From assembly GCF_009914755.1 (NCBI RefSeq), contig NC_060947.1: 64,000 nt of DNA, one strand, 5' to 3'. Under the pieces are notes generated by a model, which saw only the letters and a list, made by a program, of their open reading frames with translations, did no database searches and had not been told where the DNA came from. Of the stretch, positions 59,315 to 64,000 are shown piece by piece (the stretch's first letter is position 1; each line of letters opens with the position of its first letter). The translations under genes and the position numbers were made by a program. Source of the DNA: the human T2T-CHM13v2.0 reference genome, Homo sapiens.

Positions 59315-59717
59315 CAAATGTCCATCAATGATAGACTGGATTAAGAAAATGTGGCACATATACACCATGGAATACTATGCAGCCATAAAAAGGATGAGTT
59401 CATGTCCTTTGTAGGGACATGGATGAAGCTGGAAACCATCATTCTCAGCAAACTATTGCAAGGACAGAAAACCAAACACCGCATGTTCTCACTCATAGGT
59501 GGGAATTGAACAATGAGAACACTTGGACACAGGGTGGGGAACATCACACACCAGGGACTGTAGTGGGGTGGGGGGAGGGGGGAGGGATAGCATTAGGAGA
59601 TATACCTAATGTAAATGACGAGTTAACGGGTGCAGCACACCAACATGGCACATGTGTAGATATGTAACAAACCTGCATGTTGTGCACATGTACCCTAGAA
59701 CTTAAAGTATAATAAAA
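59315..59717 (+). mobile_element. L1PA (about PA4/5) 3' fragment
   Basis: TSD AAAATAGAGGTTTT (59301-59314 / 59718-59731). Confidence 0.93.
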
Positions 59718-60129
59718 AAAATAGAGGTTTTATCTTTTTGTTATTGAGTAGCAGGAGTTCTTTATTCTGCATACCAGATCCTTATTAGAGATATGATTTG
59801 AAAATATTTTCTCTCATTCTATAGGTTGTCTTTTTACTCTCTTGATAATATCCTTTGATGCACAGAAGGTTTTAATTTTGATGAAGTCCAAATTATTTAT
59901 GTTTTTCTTTTGTTGCTTATGCTTTAGGTATTCATATCTAAGAATCCTTTGTGAAATTCAACTTCATGAAGATTTTACCCTTATGTTTTCTTGTAAGAGT
60001 TTTATAGTTTTAGCTCTTATATTTAGGTTGCTGCCCCATTTTGTATATGGTGTGAAGTATGTGCAATTTCATCTTTTTGCATGTGGATATTTAGTTATCT
60101 CAGCACCATTTGTTGAAAAGACTATTCTT

Positions 60130-60240
60130 GCCAGGCACAATGGCATGTGCCTGTGATTCCAACTAATAAGGAGGCTGAGGCAGGAAAATTGCTTGAGCCC
60201 ACAAGCAAGTTTGAGCAAGACCCCCATCTCAATAAAAAAG
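60130..60240 (+). mobile_element. Short FAM/FLAM monomer
   Basis: GCCAGGCACAATGGC...GGAGGCTGAGGCAGGAAAATTGCTTGAGCCC; TSD AAG(A/G)CTATT. Confidence 0.75.
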
Positions 60241-61893
60241 AGAAGGCTATTGTTTCCCCCTTGTTAAAAAGCAATAGGCCATTGATCTATGAGTTTATTT
60301 CTGGACTCTCAATTCTATTCCATTGATGTGTATGTCTCTCCTTATGCCAGTACCACATTAGTTTTTAGGACTATGCTTTGTAGTAAGTTTTTAAAAACAG
60401 AAAATGTGAGCACACGAAACTTATTCTTATTTTTTAAGATTGTTTTGACATTTTTGGGGACCCTTGCAATTTGATATGAATTTGAGGATAAGGTTTTCCA
60501 TTTCTGCCAAAAAATGCCATTGATTTTGATATAAATTGCACTGAATCTGTAGATCCTTTTAAGCAGTATTGAAATCCTAACAATATTAAGTTTTGCAATC
60601 CATGATGCAGAATGTCTTTTCATTTATTGAGATTTTCTTTAATTTCTTTTATCATTTTTTGTTTTTTTTTTTTTTAGTTTTTGGTATAACACTTGCACCT
60701 CTTTTGTTAAATTTCTTCCTAGACATTTGATTTTTTTGCATACTATGGTGAATTAAATTATTTTTATATTTTCTTTTTGGATACTTCATTGCCAATGTAC
60801 AGAAACACAACTGATTTTGTATGTTGATTTTTGTTCTGAAACTTTGATGCATTTGTTTGTTAGCTTTTTCTGCATCATTTGAGATGAAGATGTGGTTTTT
60901 CTCTGTCCCTCTCTTAATGTAATGTTTTACATTGATGGATTTTTTTTTTTATGTTGAACCACACTTTCATTCCTGGGATAAATCTCATTTAGTCATAGTG
61001 TATAATGTTTTAATATATGATATTTAATATGATCTTTTTGGTAATTTGTGTGTTTCCAGTAATTTTTCCATTTTATCTAGGTCATCTAATTTGTTGTGAC
61101 ATAATTATTCATAGTAGTTTCTTATAATCCTTGTTATTTTCTGTAAAGTTGGTAGTAATGAAGTTGCTTTCACTTCTGATTTTTTCATTAATATCTCTTC
61201 TCGTTTTTTTTTTCAGTCTAACTAAAGATTTGTCAATATTGTTGATCTTATCAAACAACTAACTTCTGGTTTCATTGTTTCTCTTTATTATTTTTATGTC
61301 CTTAATTTTACTTCTGATTAATCATTATTAATTTCCTTCCTTCTGCTAGCTTTGGGTTTGCTTTATTCTTCTTTTTCTATTTCCTTAAGATGTAAAGTGA
61401 CGCTGTTGATTTTAAGTTTTCCTTTTTTTTTTTTTTTAAAAAAAAATGTAAGAGCTTAGAGCTATAAATCTCCCTAACAATGGACTTCCTCAGGGACAGT
61501 TTCTATTCCCCACAACCCCATGAATGGGTCATACTTACCTGTTTCTCTGTATGCTTCATGAATTTTTGTTGAAAACTGGATATTTGAATATTATAAGGTG
61601 GCTACTCTGGATATCAGGTTCTCCCCTTTCTCTAGGGTTTGCTATTTTTGATTGTGGAAAGCTAGAGTCATCCATTTGTTTAATTACTTTTCCAAACTAT
61701 TTTTGTAAAGACTGTATTATCTGTCACGTGTGGTCAGTTAAGTCTTCTGTTTCTTTATCTTGTGTTTAGCTACTGCTTTGACAGAGATGTCCTTGAACTC
61801 ATATATATATATATATGTTTTGCACATACTTAGAGAAGCATATGGTTTGGTCATATCCCTATGTTTGAACATTGCAACAGAGATGATTTCTAA

Positions 61894-62270
<377 letters not shown>

Positions 62271-64000
62271 TATATTATGTTATATGTTATACACACACAC
62301 ATATATATATATGTATATATATAAGATTAGCTCTGTGTTGGGGCATTCCTTCAACACTTAGCCAGCTGTCTGAAACTGCCTTAGCCTTCACTTCCTGCTT
62401 ATACTGAGCCCAGAAAGCAGCCAGATGTGAAAGCTTAGAGTCTTCTTAAGTCTTTTCTGAACATGTGTCCTACTCTGGGGATATGCATAACTTTTTAATT
62501 CCCCAGTATACATGGGTGATTTTGAATCTCCTAATTTCCCAAAGAAAATTTATGCCCAGATTTTTCTTCTAGGCTTTAGGTGGTCTACTATTTGCCTCAA
62601 CCATAATCTTTCACCCCAGTTGGGTACAGGATTTTCATTTGCCTTACAACACCTTTGAGAAATGTCCACCACTTTCACACTGAGTGACTTCTGAGTTAGG
62701 TGAAATGAAGATGAGTGCCTTGCATCAGCCCTTTGGGGAGCCCATACATAGATTAGAACAGACAAACACAATAATCCTTTGATAAGGTCTGTTCCACTCC
62801 CTCTGGAATCAGGGACCAGGGTCCCACACAAGAAATGTGATTTGCCACCTTCAAGACCACCGCCAAACTAGGGAGGAGGTGGGACAAGAGCTGGAATAAA
62901 TGCCACAAAAGTTTCCTAATGTGTAGGAAGTTGCCTTTTTCTTGATTCAGCATATACCTGGTTTCTGTACATCTTTGACTATTTTCCAGAGTTTTGACAA
63001 GGTTGTGACAGTTTCTGCTTGCTTTTCAATGTTTCTGTGGAGCAATGGGAGTTTGGAGCTGCCTATTCTGCTATTTTGCTGATGTCACTCTTACCAACAA
63101 ACAGTTATCTGGGCCACTGAATCCAGGGCTTGTTTTGTAAGGCTTGGCTTGAGAAGACTATCACTTCTGCCAACTACAGACCCTTCTCTCCACAGAGACC
63201 CTTATAAGCAACGCTGGTCTCCATATGTCTTCCCTACACAGAAACCCTTGCTTAGACTTAGAGGATACTCATGGGTATTTGACTGTTGCTGAGTAGTGAG
63301 AAAGACTCTACTAATGATCAAGGCAATGGGAAAGGAAATTGAGCAAGGCTTCAAGCAAAGTCTGGTGACTAAATTGCAGTCTTCTTTCAAAATGTGTCCC
63401 CTCAAAATTGCTTTCAATGATGCATTTATTATCTCCTTGGGTCATTTTTTCTTCTTTCTTCCTTCTTTCTCTATCAATTGTAAACATTGCTTGTTCAGTG
63501 AAAAATATACTTCTTTCCTAAGCACAGCTCTGAAATGTTACATTCCTATCATCCTAGGTAATTCCTCTGGTATTCTAGGTTTACCTGGTGGATCTTCTCT
63601 TAGACCCTACTTATCCTTTTTTCACAGTTCACCTAGCTTTTCTAGTCTGGACTCCTTAACACTAAAGGCCCAGATCCATTCAAAGATTATACCTGCTGCT
63701 TCTCTAATGCCCCTATGCACCACTGTCACCAAAGATTGGCAAAAATAGTTAATCATATTTGCTCTATCCGGCTTGTACTGGCTACTTCCTCTAGAATCTG
63801 ACTATTTTATTTATTGGGACATTCATACCAATTTTCTTTTGCCCTCTTGACCTTATCTTTTTCCCCCTAAATCTTTCTTCCAGCATTGCCATCCCCTATA
63901 GGTCCCTTTTTAGCCCTCACAGTAGCTTTTAGAACTAAGTTATACAATTTCTTGTCTTAATTCTGTTTCCCTCTGCTCTGGGTCTATTACTCTTACCCTT

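Noticed and set aside
63296-63748. 150-aa ORF, the longest not obviously retroelement-derived
   Set aside because: Non-ATG start, low-complexity S/F/L composition, no recognisable domain, overlaps probable L2 remnants

Overview
Primate (human-like) nuclear DNA dominated by interspersed repeats. I found no host protein-coding exon, RNA gene or CRISPR array. Every ORF with a recognisable protein is a transposon relic (LINE-1 ORF1/ORF2, ERV-L gag/pro/pol/dUTPase); the rest are Alu-derived or spurious. Layout: (i) 1-14.5 kb is one MER63-type hAT DNA transposon split into three pieces by an old L1 cluster and a near-complete ERV-L (MLT2-LTR) provirus. (ii) 18.8-26.4 kb is a MIR split by nested L1MA, Alu, MER8-in-MER8 and L1PA insertions. 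(iii) 26.5-54 kb is rich in MIR, L2, DNA transposons and Alus, with unique-sequence islands. (iv) 54-63 kb is L1-rich again. The most notable observation is a 5.3-kb L1PA element whose 5'UTR appears spliced from the known +97 donor to an acceptor 41 nt upstream of the ORF1 ATG, a candidate unlisted SpIRE class. Other notable structures are a 167-bp locally templated insertion, a tail-less internally primed L1, a twin-primed L1 and two apparent L1-insertion-associated deletions. Subfamily names come from recalled consensus sequences and need RepeatMasker/Dfam confirmation.
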